Source of the DNA: an uncultured Dehalococcoidia bacterium
Lineage (GTDB): Bacteria > Chloroflexota > Dehalococcoidia > DSTF01 > RBG-16-68-14
Direction of reading: 5' to 3'
NCBI GenBank assembly: GCA_964418365.1
Contig: CAYQLM010000004.1
Span: 1-55,596 of the forward strand
Length of the DNA stretch: 55,596 bases
Shown here piece by piece: positions 17,342-26,023 of the stretch (positions are counted from its first letter, which is position 1; each line of letters opens with the position of its first letter). The notes beneath the pieces are model-generated. The model saw only the letters and a list, made by a program, of their open reading frames with translations. It was not told where the DNA came from and ran no database searches. The position numbers and the translations under genes were made by a program.

Positions 17342-18559
17342 ATGAACCTTCTGCACAACCCGACTTTCCTCAAGCTATGGGTGGCGAACACCATCTCGAA
17401 CTTCGGCACGATGTTCGGGGCGCTGTCGCTGACCGCTCTCATATATCTTGACGCGACGCCGGCCGAGATGGGGATCCTCGCGGCCGCCACGAGCGTCCCG
17501 GTACTCTTGTTCGCTCTCGCCGCAGGCGTGTGGGTAGACCGCTTGCCACGCGTTCCTGTCATGGTCACGGCTGATCTTGGACGGTTCGCGGTGCTGATGA
17601 CGGTGCCCATCGCGGCGCTCGCCGGCAGTCTGCGCATCGAGCAGCTCTACGCCGTCTCGTTCATCACCGGTTGCCTGACGGTGATGTTCAACGTCGCCTT
17701 CCGCTCGGTGCTGCCCGTCCTTGTACCTCGTGATCGTCTGATAGATGCCAACAGCAGCCTCGGCATGAGCGAATCGGTAACGTCGACCGTAAGCCCGGCG
17801 ATCGGAGGTGGCATCGTTCAGAGCGTGGGCGGACCGGTGGCGGTCTTTGTCGATGCGATCACGTTTCTCCTGTCGGGTCTGTTCCTCCGCCGCATACCGA
17901 GCCCGGCTAGCAACAAGCGGCCGCAACGGCGTTCCGCACTCACGGAGGCGTCCGAAGGATTCCGAGCTGTCACAGTTCAACCCGTCTTGCGCGCAATTCT
18001 GGGGATGGTCGCCACGTACAGCTTCTTCAGCGGCTTCATCGTCACGCTGTACGGGCTGTGGGTGATTGAAGGACTTGGCTTCTCCGCGTTCACGCTTGGT
18101 CTTCTGCTGGGCTCGGGCGGTATCGGATCTCTTGCTGGCGCGTGGCTCGCCGGAGCGACGGCGCGACGTCTCGGGCTTGGGCGCAGCGTCGTTGCCTCGT
18201 ACACAGTGGCAGCGGGCCTTTCGTTTCTGACGCCCCTCGCCGGCGGTCCAGCGTGGCTCGCCCTGGCGATGCTGCTCTCCGAGCAATGCCTGGGGGACAC
18301 ATTCTGGACCGTGCACAACATTCAGGCAATCAGCATAAGACAGTCGATTACCCCGGACGAGCAGTTGGGTCGAGTGAATGCGGTCTTCCTATTCGCCAGC
18401 CAAGGCCTTCGGCCGCTTGGAGCGCTCGTCGCCGGTATCGCGGCGGGTTTCATCGGCGTGCGGGCCGGACTGCTCATCTCTTGCGCCGGGATCAATTTGG
18501 CAGGCCTCTGGCTGTTGTTGTCGCCGCTACCGCGCCTGAAAGAGGGCATCCGACGATGA
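17342..18559 (+). CDS. MFS exporter (DHA3/macrolide-efflux-like)
   Basis: 12 TMs; FLKLWVANTISNFG, GVWVDRLPR..VMVTADLGR, RQSITPDEQLGRVNA. Confidence 0.88.
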   Translation: MNLLHNPTFLKLWVANTISNFGTMFGALSLTALIYLDATPAEMGILAAATSVPVLLFALAAGVWVDRLPRVPVMVTADLGRFAVLMTVPIAALAGSLRIEQLYAVSFITGCLTVMFNVAFRSVLPVLVPRDRLIDANSSLGMSESVTSTVSPAIGGGIVQSVGGPVAVFVDAITFLLSGLFLRRIPSPASNKRPQRRSALTEASEGFRAVTVQPVLRAILGMVATYSFFSGFIVTLYGLWVIEGLGFSAFTLGLLLGSGGIGSLAGAWLAGATARRLGLGRSVVASYTVAAGLSFLTPLAGGPAWLALAMLLSEQCLGDTFWTVHNIQAISIRQSITPDEQLGRVNAVFLFASQGLRPLGALVAGIAAGFIGVRAGLLISCAGINLAGLWLLLSPLPRLKEGIRR

Positions 18560-18603
18560 CGAGGCCAGCCCCGCGAATGAAGTCGATGGCATCTCGCGGT
18601 TAT

Positions 18604-19368
18604 CTAGGCGATCCGCGTCCCGATGGCCTCGCCCGCGACAGCCCGGCGCAGCGCCCCCGCCTCCCGGCCATCTACCACGCAGGTCTCGACACCTGCAGCC
18701 GCGGCGCGAAGGCCGGCCTCCACCTTGGGCACCATCCCGCCCGCGACCGCGCCGCTCCCGATCAGCTCCTTCGCCACCTTAGGTCCGAGCGCCGGCTGCA
18801 CGTTCCCCTCAGCGTCCTTCACGCCGGCCACGTCGGTGAGAAAAACGAGGCGTTCCGCTTGTAACGCCACGGCGACATCTCCGGCCGCCGTGTCGGCGTT
18901 GAGGTTGAGCAGCTGTGGCCCATCGCCCTCCAGCGCGATCGGCGCCAGAACGACGATCACGTGCTCCGCCATCGCGCTGAGCGAACCGGCGTCGACATCC
19001 GTGATCTCGCCAACGAAGCCCAGCTCGGGATCGTAGCGCCGCGCGCGCAGCAGCGCGCCATCGGCACCCGAGAGGCCCAGCGCGTCCGCGCCGCGCGCCT
19101 GTAGCTCCGCGACGAGCTGCTTGTTCACAAGCCCCGCGAGCACGGCGACGACGATCTCGAGCGCAGTGGCGTCCGTCGCGCGCAGGCCGCGCACGAACTT
19201 CGACTCGACGCCGGCGCGGTCGAGCCACTGCGAGATCGTCGCCCCGCCGCCGTGCACGACGACGAATCGACGGCCCTCCGCCTGCAGCGCCGCGATGTCG
19301 TCCAGCGACGTATCGTGCTGGCCGAGCGTGGAGCCGCCTAGCTTGATGACGGAGATGAGTTCGGTCAT
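18604..19368 (-). CDS. argB: Acetylglutamate kinase
   Basis: VIKLGGS, VVHGGG, GLRATD, NLNADTAA, LTDVAGV, GGMVPKV. Confidence 0.95.
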   Translation of the reverse strand: MTELISVIKLGGSTLGQHDTSLDDIAALQAEGRRFVVVHGGGATISQWLDRAGVESKFVRGLRATDATALEIVVAVLAGLVNKQLVAELQARGADALGLSGADGALLRARRYDPELGFVGEITDVDAGSLSAMAEHVIVVLAPIALEGDGPQLLNLNADTAAGDVAVALQAERLVFLTDVAGVKDAEGNVQPALGPKVAKELIGSGAVAGGMVPKVEAGLRAAAAGVETCVVDGREAGALRRAVAGEAIGTRIA

Positions 19369-19380
19369 TTCTCAAGCAGT

Positions 19381-19539
19381 GTAGGCGAAGCCTTTAGGGT
19401 CCCCGCGTCGCCGCCTCTGGCAAAGGTCAGCGAATGTTGACGCGCGGCGGGTGGCCTAAAGGCCGCCCCTACATCAGCTAACGCCCGTCCGTGGGTCTTC
19501 TCACGAGGGATCAGAATCCTCGGTTCGCTCGGAATGACA
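19381..19539. repeat. Composite REP cluster (inverted GTAG-type pair plus YGTC-type unit)
   Basis: GTAGGCGAAGCCTTTAGG.. / ..GGGTGGCCTAAAGGCCGCCCCTAC and AGAATCCTCGGTTCGCTCGGAATGACA. Confidence 0.65.
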
Positions 19540-19543
19540 ATAG

Positions 19544-20758
19544 TCACGTCGCGTACTCGCTGTTGATGCGCACGTAGTCCGGCGTCAGGTCGCAGCCGTA
19601 GGCGGTGGCCGACGCGTCGCCAGCGCCGAGCTGCAGCTCGATGCGCACCTCCTCCTGCGTCAGCGCAGCGCTGAGGCCGGCCTCATCGAACGGCTGCGCG
19701 CCGCCGCGGAACACCTCGACGCCCTGGAGCGAGAGCGAGACGTCGCGCTCGCGCACCTGCGCGCCGCTGTAGCCGAGCGCGACGAGGACCCGGCCCCAGT
19801 TCGGATCGTTGCCGTATACCGCCGTCTTCACGAGCGGCGACAGCACGATCGTGCGCGCCGCACGACGCGCGTCGTCGATGCTCGCCGCGCCGTCCACACG
19901 CACGACGATGAGCTTGCCGGCACCTTCGCCGTCGCGGGCGAGCTGTCGCGTGAGCGAAACCGCGACGTGCGTGACGGCGGCGCGCAGCAACGGCAGCGCG
20001 GCGTGGCCGGAGCCGATCGTTTCGCCGCCCGCCGCGCCGTTCGCGAGCAGCACGACGGTGTCGTTCGGGCTCGTGTCACCGTCGATGCTGAGCATATTGA
20101 ACGAGTCAGCGACGGCGTCCCGCAGCAGCGAGCGGATAACCGAGGGCGCGACCGGCGCGTCCGTCGTCATGAAGGCGAGCATGGTCGCCATGTTGGGGTG
20201 GATCATGCCCGAGCCCTTTGCGCAGCCGCCGACGGCGTACGTCGCGCCGTTCCACTCGAAGCGTAGAGCGGCTTGCTTCGGGAAGGTATCCGTCGTCATG
20301 ATCGCCCGCGCGAACGACTCGCCGCCGTCGCGCGACAGCTCGATCTTCGGCAGAGCCTCCCGCATGCGCTCGACGGGCAGCCGCCAGCCCGTGACCCCCG
20401 TGCTACTGACGAGAACATCCTCGGCCGCGACGCCGAGCTTGGCGGCCGCCAGCGCTGCCATCTCTTCGGCGAAGCGCATACCTTCGTCGCCAAAGAGCGA
20501 GTTCGAGATGCCGCTGTTCGCGATGACCGCCTGCGCGCGGCCGTTCGCGAGATGGCGCTCGCAGATCAGCACGGGCGGCCCGCGGAAGGCGTTCTGCGTG
20601 AACATGCCCGCCGCCACGCACGGCCGCTCCGAGAGCAACAGCGCGAGATCGAGCCGGTCCGGGTCGGGGTACTTGATGCCGGCGTGCGTTGCGCCGGCGA
20701 GGAACCCCTGCGACGTGGTCAGGCCGCCGCCCGGCACGTCGACCAGAGGCGCTTCCAT
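19544..20758 (-). CDS. argJ: Glutamate N-acetyltransferase / ornithine acetyltransferase
   Basis: Start MEAPLVD; AIMTTDT, KGSGMIHPNMATML, DGDTSPND, DGEGA, GNDPNWGR, GCDLT..YVRINSEY. Confidence 0.96.
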   Translation of the reverse strand: MEAPLVDVPGGGLTTSQGFLAGATHAGIKYPDPDRLDLALLLSERPCVAAGMFTQNAFRGPPVLICERHLANGRAQAVIANSGISNSLFGDEGMRFAEEMAALAAAKLGVAAEDVLVSSTGVTGWRLPVERMREALPKIELSRDGGESFARAIMTTDTFPKQAALRFEWNGATYAVGGCAKGSGMIHPNMATMLAFMTTDAPVAPSVIRSLLRDAVADSFNMLSIDGDTSPNDTVVLLANGAAGGETIGSGHAALPLLRAAVTHVAVSLTRQLARDGEGAGKLIVVRVDGAASIDDARRAARTIVLSPLVKTAVYGNDPNWGRVLVALGYSGAQVRERDVSLSLQGVEVFRGGAQPFDEAGLSAALTQEEVRIELQLGAGDASATAYGCDLTPDYVRINSEYAT

Positions 20759-21036
20759 TAGCTTCTGCGCACCAGCAGGATAAGCAGATACATACCGATC
20801 ACCGGGCCGGCCCCAGCAGCCAAGAATGCAAGTCCAATTCTCGCATGGCGGACAGCCAAGAAGCCCCCTGCTGCGACGAGGCCTGCCGATGCCCCTAACA
20901 AGATCCATGCGGTCTGTTGCGTTGGCGACAGAGCTAGAGTCGTCCAGCCAAAGAGCGTGGCAACCAATCCCACTAAGATCAGCTCCAACGCGAGTCCCAC
21001 CGTGGAACGAAGCCGGTTCAACATCGCGTGAGACAT
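20758..21036 (-). CDS. Small 3-TM membrane protein inside the arg operon
   Basis: 92 aa hydrophobic ORF; starts 3 nt after the argC stop; TAATG overlap with argJ. Confidence 0.6.
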   Translation of the reverse strand: MSHAMLNRLRSTVGLALELILVGLVATLFGWTTLALSPTQQTAWILLGASAGLVAAGGFLAVRHARIGLAFLAAGAGPVIGMYLLILLVRRS

Positions 21037-21039
21037 GCG

Positions 21040-22056
21040 CTACGGGTAGAGCGCGAGGCGGTCCAGACCGGCGGCTTCGGGCAGCCCGAGCATGAGATTT
21101 AGGCACTGCACGCCCTGGCCCGCGCCGCCCTTCATCAAGTTGTCGAGCGCGCTCACGACGACGATCCGCTTCGTGCGCGGATCGATCGCCGGATACAACA
21201 GACAGGCGTTGCTGCCCAGCGTCTGCTTCGTCGAGGGCGGCTGATCGGCGACGCGAACGAACGGCGAGCTCTCGTAGAATTTCGTGTACAGCGAGCGCAG
21301 CGCGTCCGTCGATGGCACCTCGTCGCGCGCCGTGGCGTAGCAGGTCACGAGAATGCCGCGCGTCATCGGAATGAGGTGTGGCACGAAGGTCACGCGGGGC
21401 GGCGGCGCCTCCCAGAGCGCGCCCAGCTCCTGCGTGATCTCCGGGAGCTGTCGATGGCCGCCGAGCGCGTAGGCCGCGACGTCCTCGTTCGCTTCCGAGA
21501 AGTGGTACGTCAGTCCAAGCGTGCGGCCGGCGCCGGAGATGCCGGTCTTGCTGTCAGCGATGACGTCCGGCTCGACGAGGCCGTGCTTGATCAACGGCGC
21601 CAGCGCGAGAATAGCCGCCGTCGAGTGGCAGCCGGCCGCCGCGACGAGCTTCGCGCCCGGAATCTCGTCCCTGTGCAGCTCCGGGATGCCCATGACGGCT
21701 TTCGCCAGCAGCTGCGGCGCCGGATGGGGCCCGTACCACGCCTCGTAGTCCGAGGCGTTCCGCAGGCGGAAGTCGGCGCTCAGGTCGACGATGGGCAGCC
21801 CGCGCTTGATGTAGGGAAGGAGCGTCTCGGTGCTCGCGGCGTGGGGCAGCGCGGAGACGATGGCATCGACGTCGCCCAGATCCTCCTGCACGGTGAGGCC
21901 GATGGGCGCGAGATGCGGGAAGACCTCGCCGAGCGGCTTGCCGGCGGCGCTGCGCCCGGTGACGGAGGTGAGCTCCACCTCGGGATGGCTGTGCAGAATG
22001 CGAGCCGCTTCGGCTCCCATGTAGCCGGTGACGTTAATGATGCCGATGCGCAGCAC
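21040..22056 (-). CDS. argC: N-acetyl-gamma-glutamyl-phosphate reductase
   Basis: GTG start behind GAGGA; NVTGYMG, ALPH, DLSADFRL, AGCH, SGAGR, PMTRGI, DNLMKGGAGQ. Confidence 0.95.
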   Translation of the reverse strand: MLRIGIINVTGYMGAEAARILHSHPEVELTSVTGRSAAGKPLGEVFPHLAPIGLTVQEDLGDVDAIVSALPHAASTETLLPYIKRGLPIVDLSADFRLRNASDYEAWYGPHPAPQLLAKAVMGIPELHRDEIPGAKLVAAAGCHSTAAILALAPLIKHGLVEPDVIADSKTGISGAGRTLGLTYHFSEANEDVAAYALGGHRQLPEITQELGALWEAPPPRVTFVPHLIPMTRGILVTCYATARDEVPSTDALRSLYTKFYESSPFVRVADQPPSTKQTLGSNACLLYPAIDPRTKRIVVVSALDNLMKGGAGQGVQCLNLMLGLPEAAGLDRLALYP

Positions 22057-22099
22057 GGGTGTCCTCGGATCGAGATGATGGCGAAGTATAACAGAAGCG

Positions 22100-22129
22100 T
22101 TGACAGCGCTCACGCCCGTCTGCTATCAA
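22100..22129 (+). promoter_or_regulatory. Sigma70-type promoter of the leader/methyltransferase unit
   Basis: TTGACA-18nt-TATCAA with TG extension. Confidence 0.5.
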
Positions 22130-22137
22130 GGGGCACC

Positions 22138-22203
22138 ATGATCGACCGCGCCATCATGCGACTGACACTGGTAGGCCTGTGCCGGAGGGCAGCGGGCGGC
22201 TGA
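22138..22203 (+). CDS. Putative attenuator leader peptide MIDRAIMRLTLVGLCRRAAGG
   Basis: Near-leaderless ATG after the promoter; 3' end complementary to the terminator 5' arm. Confidence 0.55.
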   Translation: MIDRAIMRLTLVGLCRRAAGG

Positions 22204-22227
22204 TCGCGCGTCGACGAAGCGCACACG

Positions 22228-22266
22228 AACCGGCCCGCTGCCTCAAGGAGCGGGCCGGTTGCTTTT
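22228..22266 (+). terminator. Attenuator terminator upstream of the methyltransferase
   Basis: AACCGGCCCGCT-GCCTCAAGG-AGCGGGCCGGTT-GCTTTT. Confidence 0.72.
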
Positions 22267-22281
22267 CGGAAGGAGGACGAC

Positions 22282-23064
22282 ATGGCCACGCGCAAGCCCT
22301 GGTACGAGACGCTCTTCGTGCGGGATTACTACGACTACTTCTACGTCGGCGGCCCGCGCGGCATATTCAGCGACGAGGATCGGGCGCGGCAGGCGGAGGC
22401 GCAGGTCGACTTCATCGACCGCGCCCTTGAGCTACCGAAGGGCGCGCGAGTCCTCGACCTGTGTTGCGGCCATGGACGGCACGCCGTGCGTCTGGCGCTG
22501 CGCGGCTATCGCGTGACAGGGCTCGATCTCTCGGCCTACCACATCCGCCTCGCGAAGGCGGCGGCGCGGGCGACCGGCGTACAGGTCGAGTGGCTCCGCG
22601 CCGACATGCGCGACGTGCCGGGACGCAATCGATTCGACGCGGTGATCAACTGTTTCACAGCGTTCGGCTACTTCGACGAGCAGTCAGAGGACCAGCGCGT
22701 GCTGGACGGCGTGGCGCGGACGCTGCGGCCCGGCGGGCGCTTCTTCATCGATACGATCAACCATGACGGGCTGATGGCCAGGTTCCGCGAGAGCGATGCG
22801 AACGAGCGGCCGGACGGCGCGCTGTCAATGGAGCTCCGACGCTATGATGTGCTCACGGGCCGCACCAACGTCGACTGGATCTACGTGGACCCTGACGGCA
22901 AGCGGCGCAAGGCGTTCCACTCGTTGCGTCTGTACACGTTCACGGAGTTCGCGGCGATGCTGGCGAAGGCCGAACTGCGCGTCGTGCGCACGTGGGGCAA
23001 CTTCGACGGCAGCGAGCTGTCGATGCACAGCCCGCGCATGATGGTGCTGGCGGAGAAGGGGTGA
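22282..23064 (+). CDS. Class I SAM-dependent methyltransferase
   Basis: VLDLCCGHGRH, GLDLS, ADMRD, FTAFGYF, LRPGGRF. Confidence 0.9.
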   Translation: MATRKPWYETLFVRDYYDYFYVGGPRGIFSDEDRARQAEAQVDFIDRALELPKGARVLDLCCGHGRHAVRLALRGYRVTGLDLSAYHIRLAKAAARATGVQVEWLRADMRDVPGRNRFDAVINCFTAFGYFDEQSEDQRVLDGVARTLRPGGRFFIDTINHDGLMARFRESDANERPDGALSMELRRYDVLTGRTNVDWIYVDPDGKRRKAFHSLRLYTFTEFAAMLAKAELRVVRTWGNFDGSELSMHSPRMMVLAEKG

Positions 23065-23098
23065 TGGCCCTCACCGCGGAGGAGGCAGCGTTGGGCGG

Positions 23099-23159
23099 TT
23101 GATCGCGAGGGGCCAGACCCTTCCTCCTGAGGCGGACAGGTCGCTGCGCTCAGGGTGAC
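23099..23159. repeat. YGTC-type REP-like unit, left flank of GNAT gene
   Basis: TTGATCGCGAGGGGCCAGACCCTTC...GCTCAGGGTGAC. Confidence 0.65.
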
Positions 23160-23161
23160 GT

Positions 23162-23608
23162 ATGGAAATGGATACGCTACTGATCCGGCCGTTTGAGGCG
23201 GGCGATCAGGCCGCGGCACGCCGGCTGATCCTAGAGGGGCTCGGCGAGCATTTCGGCATCGTGCATGAAGCATTCAACCCGGACCTCGACGACATCGCGT
23301 CAAGCTACGGAAACGAGACATTCTTGGTGGCAGAGCTGGGCGCGGAGGTGGTGGGCACGGGCGCGCTGATCTATGAGGGCGGCGGTTTTGGGCGCGTCAT
23401 GCGGATGTCGGTGAAGAAGGAGCATCGCCGCAAGGGCATCGCAAGCGCATTGCTCGAGCGGCTGATCGAGCAGGCGCGTTCGAACGGCTGCCGGCAGGTC
23501 GTCCTCGAAACGGGCTTCTGGAAGGACTCGATCGGCTTTTACAGGAGCCGTGGCTTTCGCGAGACGAGTCGCGACGCCTTCGGGCCGAACATGGCGTTGC
23601 ACTTGTAG
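23162..23608 (+). CDS. GNAT N-acetyltransferase
   Basis: RMSVKKEHRRKGIASALL, VVLET, IGFYRSRGF. Confidence 0.9.
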   Translation: MEMDTLLIRPFEAGDQAAARRLILEGLGEHFGIVHEAFNPDLDDIASSYGNETFLVAELGAEVVGTGALIYEGGGFGRVMRMSVKKEHRRKGIASALLERLIEQARSNGCRQVVLETGFWKDSIGFYRSRGFRETSRDAFGPNMALHL

Positions 23609-23621
23609 CAAGGAGCAGGAC

Positions 23622-23728
23622 TCCCTCACCGCCATCACCCCTCTCCCTCGTCGCGGGAGAGGGGTGATGGCGAAGGTCGGACTGTTTGATCTCGAGGGAC
23701 CAGGCCCTTCGCTTCGCTCAGGGTGACA
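23622..23728. repeat. CCCTC-hairpin REP plus YGTC-type REP, right flank of GNAT gene
   Basis: CCCTCACCGCCATCACCCCTCTCCC..GGGAGAGGGGTGATGGCG and TTGATCTCGAGGGACCAGGCCCTTCGCTTCGCTCAGGGTGACA. Confidence 0.7.
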
Positions 23729-24443
23729 ACAGCGCAGCGGAGGGGCAGCCCTGGCGCAGCGGGCACTGCGGGCACTTGGGGCGCTGGGCCGTGCAGGTGC
23801 GACGGCCGTGCTTGATGAGCTGGATATGGAACGGGTACACCTGCTCCGGATGCAGCATCGCCTCGAGCAGCTCGTGCGCGCGCTCCGCGCTCGTCTTCTC
23901 CGGCACGAGCCCGAGGCGCATCGCGACGCGGTGCACGTGCGTGTCGACGGGCAGCGCGGGCCGGCCGAGCGCGAACAGCAGCACGCAGGCCACGGTCTTC
24001 GGCCCGACGCCGGGCAGGCTGCGCAGCCACGCGCGCGCGTCGTCCATCGGCATCTCCTTGAGAAACGACAGGTCGAACGAGCCGCCCGGACGGGCGCCCG
24101 CCTGGGCGCGGCGGCTGTAGATCTCGCGCAGCATCGCCTGCAGCCTCGGCGCCTTTGTCGGCGCGAGGCCGCCCGGCTGGATCGCGCGCTCGATCGCCTT
24201 CACGTCCGCGTCGAGGATCGAGTGCCAGTCAGGGAAGGCGTCGAGCAGGCGGATGAACGCGCGGCCGGAGTTGGTATCGGACGTATTCTGCGAGAGGAGT
24301 GTGAGCACCAGCTCCGCCATCGGGTCGCCGTGAGGGCGCCAGGGCAGCGTGCCGTAGGCCGCGTCCAGCAGCGCGATGATGCGCGCGGGGGTAAGGGGAC
24401 GCCTCGGGCGAGCCGGGCCGGCCGTTCGTTTCGCTACGGCCAC
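23718..24443 (-). CDS. nth: Endonuclease III (HhH-GPD, 4Fe-4S)
   Basis: LLSQNTSD, LPGVGPKT, PVDTHVHR, CTAQRPKCPQCPLRQGC; probable GTG start. Confidence 0.9.
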   Translation of the reverse strand: MAVAKRTAGPARPRRPLTPARIIALLDAAYGTLPWRPHGDPMAELVLTLLSQNTSDTNSGRAFIRLLDAFPDWHSILDADVKAIERAIQPGGLAPTKAPRLQAMLREIYSRRAQAGARPGGSFDLSFLKEMPMDDARAWLRSLPGVGPKTVACVLLFALGRPALPVDTHVHRVAMRLGLVPEKTSAERAHELLEAMLHPEQVYPFHIQLIKHGRRTCTAQRPKCPQCPLRQGCPSAALLSP

Positions 24444-24563
24444 GCTTCGTCGAACGCGATAGTGTCGCCGGGGTGCTCGAAGAACTCTGTGAACTTGCCG
24501 ACCGTGATACTGACCCTCCCTGAAGATGATGCGCAGGGAGTGTATCACGGCGGCGCTTCTAGA

Positions 24564-25781
24564 TCAGGAGGCCAGCGCGAGCTCGCCCCGGTCCGGCAGC
24601 CGCTCCAGCGCTGCCGCGGGCTCCGGCCAGCGGAGCGAGAAGGCCGTGTACGCGGTCATGATGGGCAGGATCATGAGCGCAAATCCCGCGTAGGTCAGCG
24701 CCCAAAGCAACGTCACGACAACGAGGCCGTAGAGCACGTACTTGATGTCCACGATCGGCCGCGCGCTCCACTGGCTTGCGAGCAGGTAAAGACCCGCTGC
24801 CGGCACGAGCAGCACTAGACTCTGCATGTGAACGTGCGGCGAATAGAGCAGCGGCAGCGCGAACGCCAGCGCCCACGACTGCGGATGGAGCAGCGACCGA
24901 CCGCTCCAGACGCGCACCGCGACGTACAGGGCGACCGCCGCGATCAACACCAGCAGCGGCATCCAGAGCCACACGTTCGTTGAGCCGGTGAGCGTCTCGA
25001 CGGCGGCGCGGATGTTGATCATGAGCCGCGAGCCGTTCCCAGAGCCGTTGAACGAAACCAGCGCGTGCAGCTGATCGATAAACAGGCGCGGCCCGCCGAT
25101 AAGCGGTGGCACGACGAGCAGAGGGCCTCCCGCTGCGGTGAACCCACCGAGCGCCCGCCACTCCCGCTTCATGAGAAGGAGCAAGACGGCCGCCGCGATG
25201 AGATGTGGCTTGAATAACCCAATCGAAAGGATGAGCCCCGCAGCCACCGGCCGCTTGGAACGCAGCATCGCGTAGCAGCCGATGAGGCCGGCGAGCACAA
25301 AGAGATCGACCTGACCTAGCAGCAGCGATCGGAGCGTCAGCACGAGCGCGCAGAGCAAGAAGACCGAGCGCAACGACCGCGGCATGCCGGCAAGCCAGCG
25401 CCAGGACAGCCCCAGGAGCATGCTGATCAGGGCGAGGTTGATCGCCAACCAGAGGACGTAGCTCGTTCTGAGCGAAACGAGCGAGAGCAGCGAGAAGAGG
25501 CACGCCGCGAACGTTGGCAGCGGATAGCCCGTGACGTTGATGTCCGGGCCGGCGAGACGGTGCTGGACCGCCGCCTGCGCCGAGGCATCGTAGAGCTCGC
25601 TGGCGTGTCCCGTCCGCACCAGCTCGCCTGCAGCATAGAACGACGTCCAGTCGTTGGTCACCCGTCCGCTCGAAACGAGCACGCCCGCCGTTGCGGTTGC
25701 TGCGATGGCAACGCAGAGCACACACGCTACGAACAGACGCGTCGCTCGTCGGTCGTCGAGCCGGGCCGGTGCTGAATTCAT
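24564..25781 (-). CDS. Glycosyltransferase family 87 (DUF2029)-like membrane protein
   Basis: DWTSFYAAG, YPLP, LGQVDLF, FKPHL, SPHVH; multiple TMs. Confidence 0.8.
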   Translation of the reverse strand: MNSAPARLDDRRATRLFVACVLCVAIAATATAGVLVSSGRVTNDWTSFYAAGELVRTGHASELYDASAQAAVQHRLAGPDINVTGYPLPTFAACLFSLLSLVSLRTSYVLWLAINLALISMLLGLSWRWLAGMPRSLRSVFLLCALVLTLRSLLLGQVDLFVLAGLIGCYAMLRSKRPVAAGLILSIGLFKPHLIAAAVLLLLMKREWRALGGFTAAGGPLLVVPPLIGGPRLFIDQLHALVSFNGSGNGSRLMINIRAAVETLTGSTNVWLWMPLLVLIAAVALYVAVRVWSGRSLLHPQSWALAFALPLLYSPHVHMQSLVLLVPAAGLYLLASQWSARPIVDIKYVLYGLVVVTLLWALTYAGFALMILPIMTAYTAFSLRWPEPAAALERLPDRGELALAS

Positions 25782-25791
25782 ATCGCCACAA

Positions 25792-25980
25792 TCATGATCG
25801 GCCGGCCGTGAGCACCGCTCCAACTGGGCCCAGACGCCGGCCAGACGCCGCGACGGCCGGGCCCGGCTCGATGGCGTGGCGCTGCCGCGCCAGTGCCGGG
25901 AAGAACGCAGTCGAGCGCACCGCAAGCGCTCCGGCGCCCACGAGCGCTAACACAAGAGCGCTGATGAACCAGGTCCGCAT
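25792..25980 (-). CDS. Small hypothetical protein with N-terminal TM
   Basis: 62 aa ORF filling the gap between the GT87 paralogs on the same strand. Confidence 0.35.
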   Translation of the reverse strand: MRTWFISALVLALVGAGALAVRSTAFFPALARQRHAIEPGPAVAASGRRLGPVGAVLTAGRS

Positions 25981-26023
25981 GGTGTGACTCTAGGCGCGGG
26001 AGCGCCGGCTGGCAAGCGGGAGG

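Noticed and set aside
19544..21106. 520-aa ArgJ and other N-terminally extended ORF-track calls (5165-6250, 8836, 11162-12439, 23718-24548, 47913-49217)
   Set aside because: The extensions overlap other genes, a tRNA or promoters; internal starts at domain boundaries fit better.
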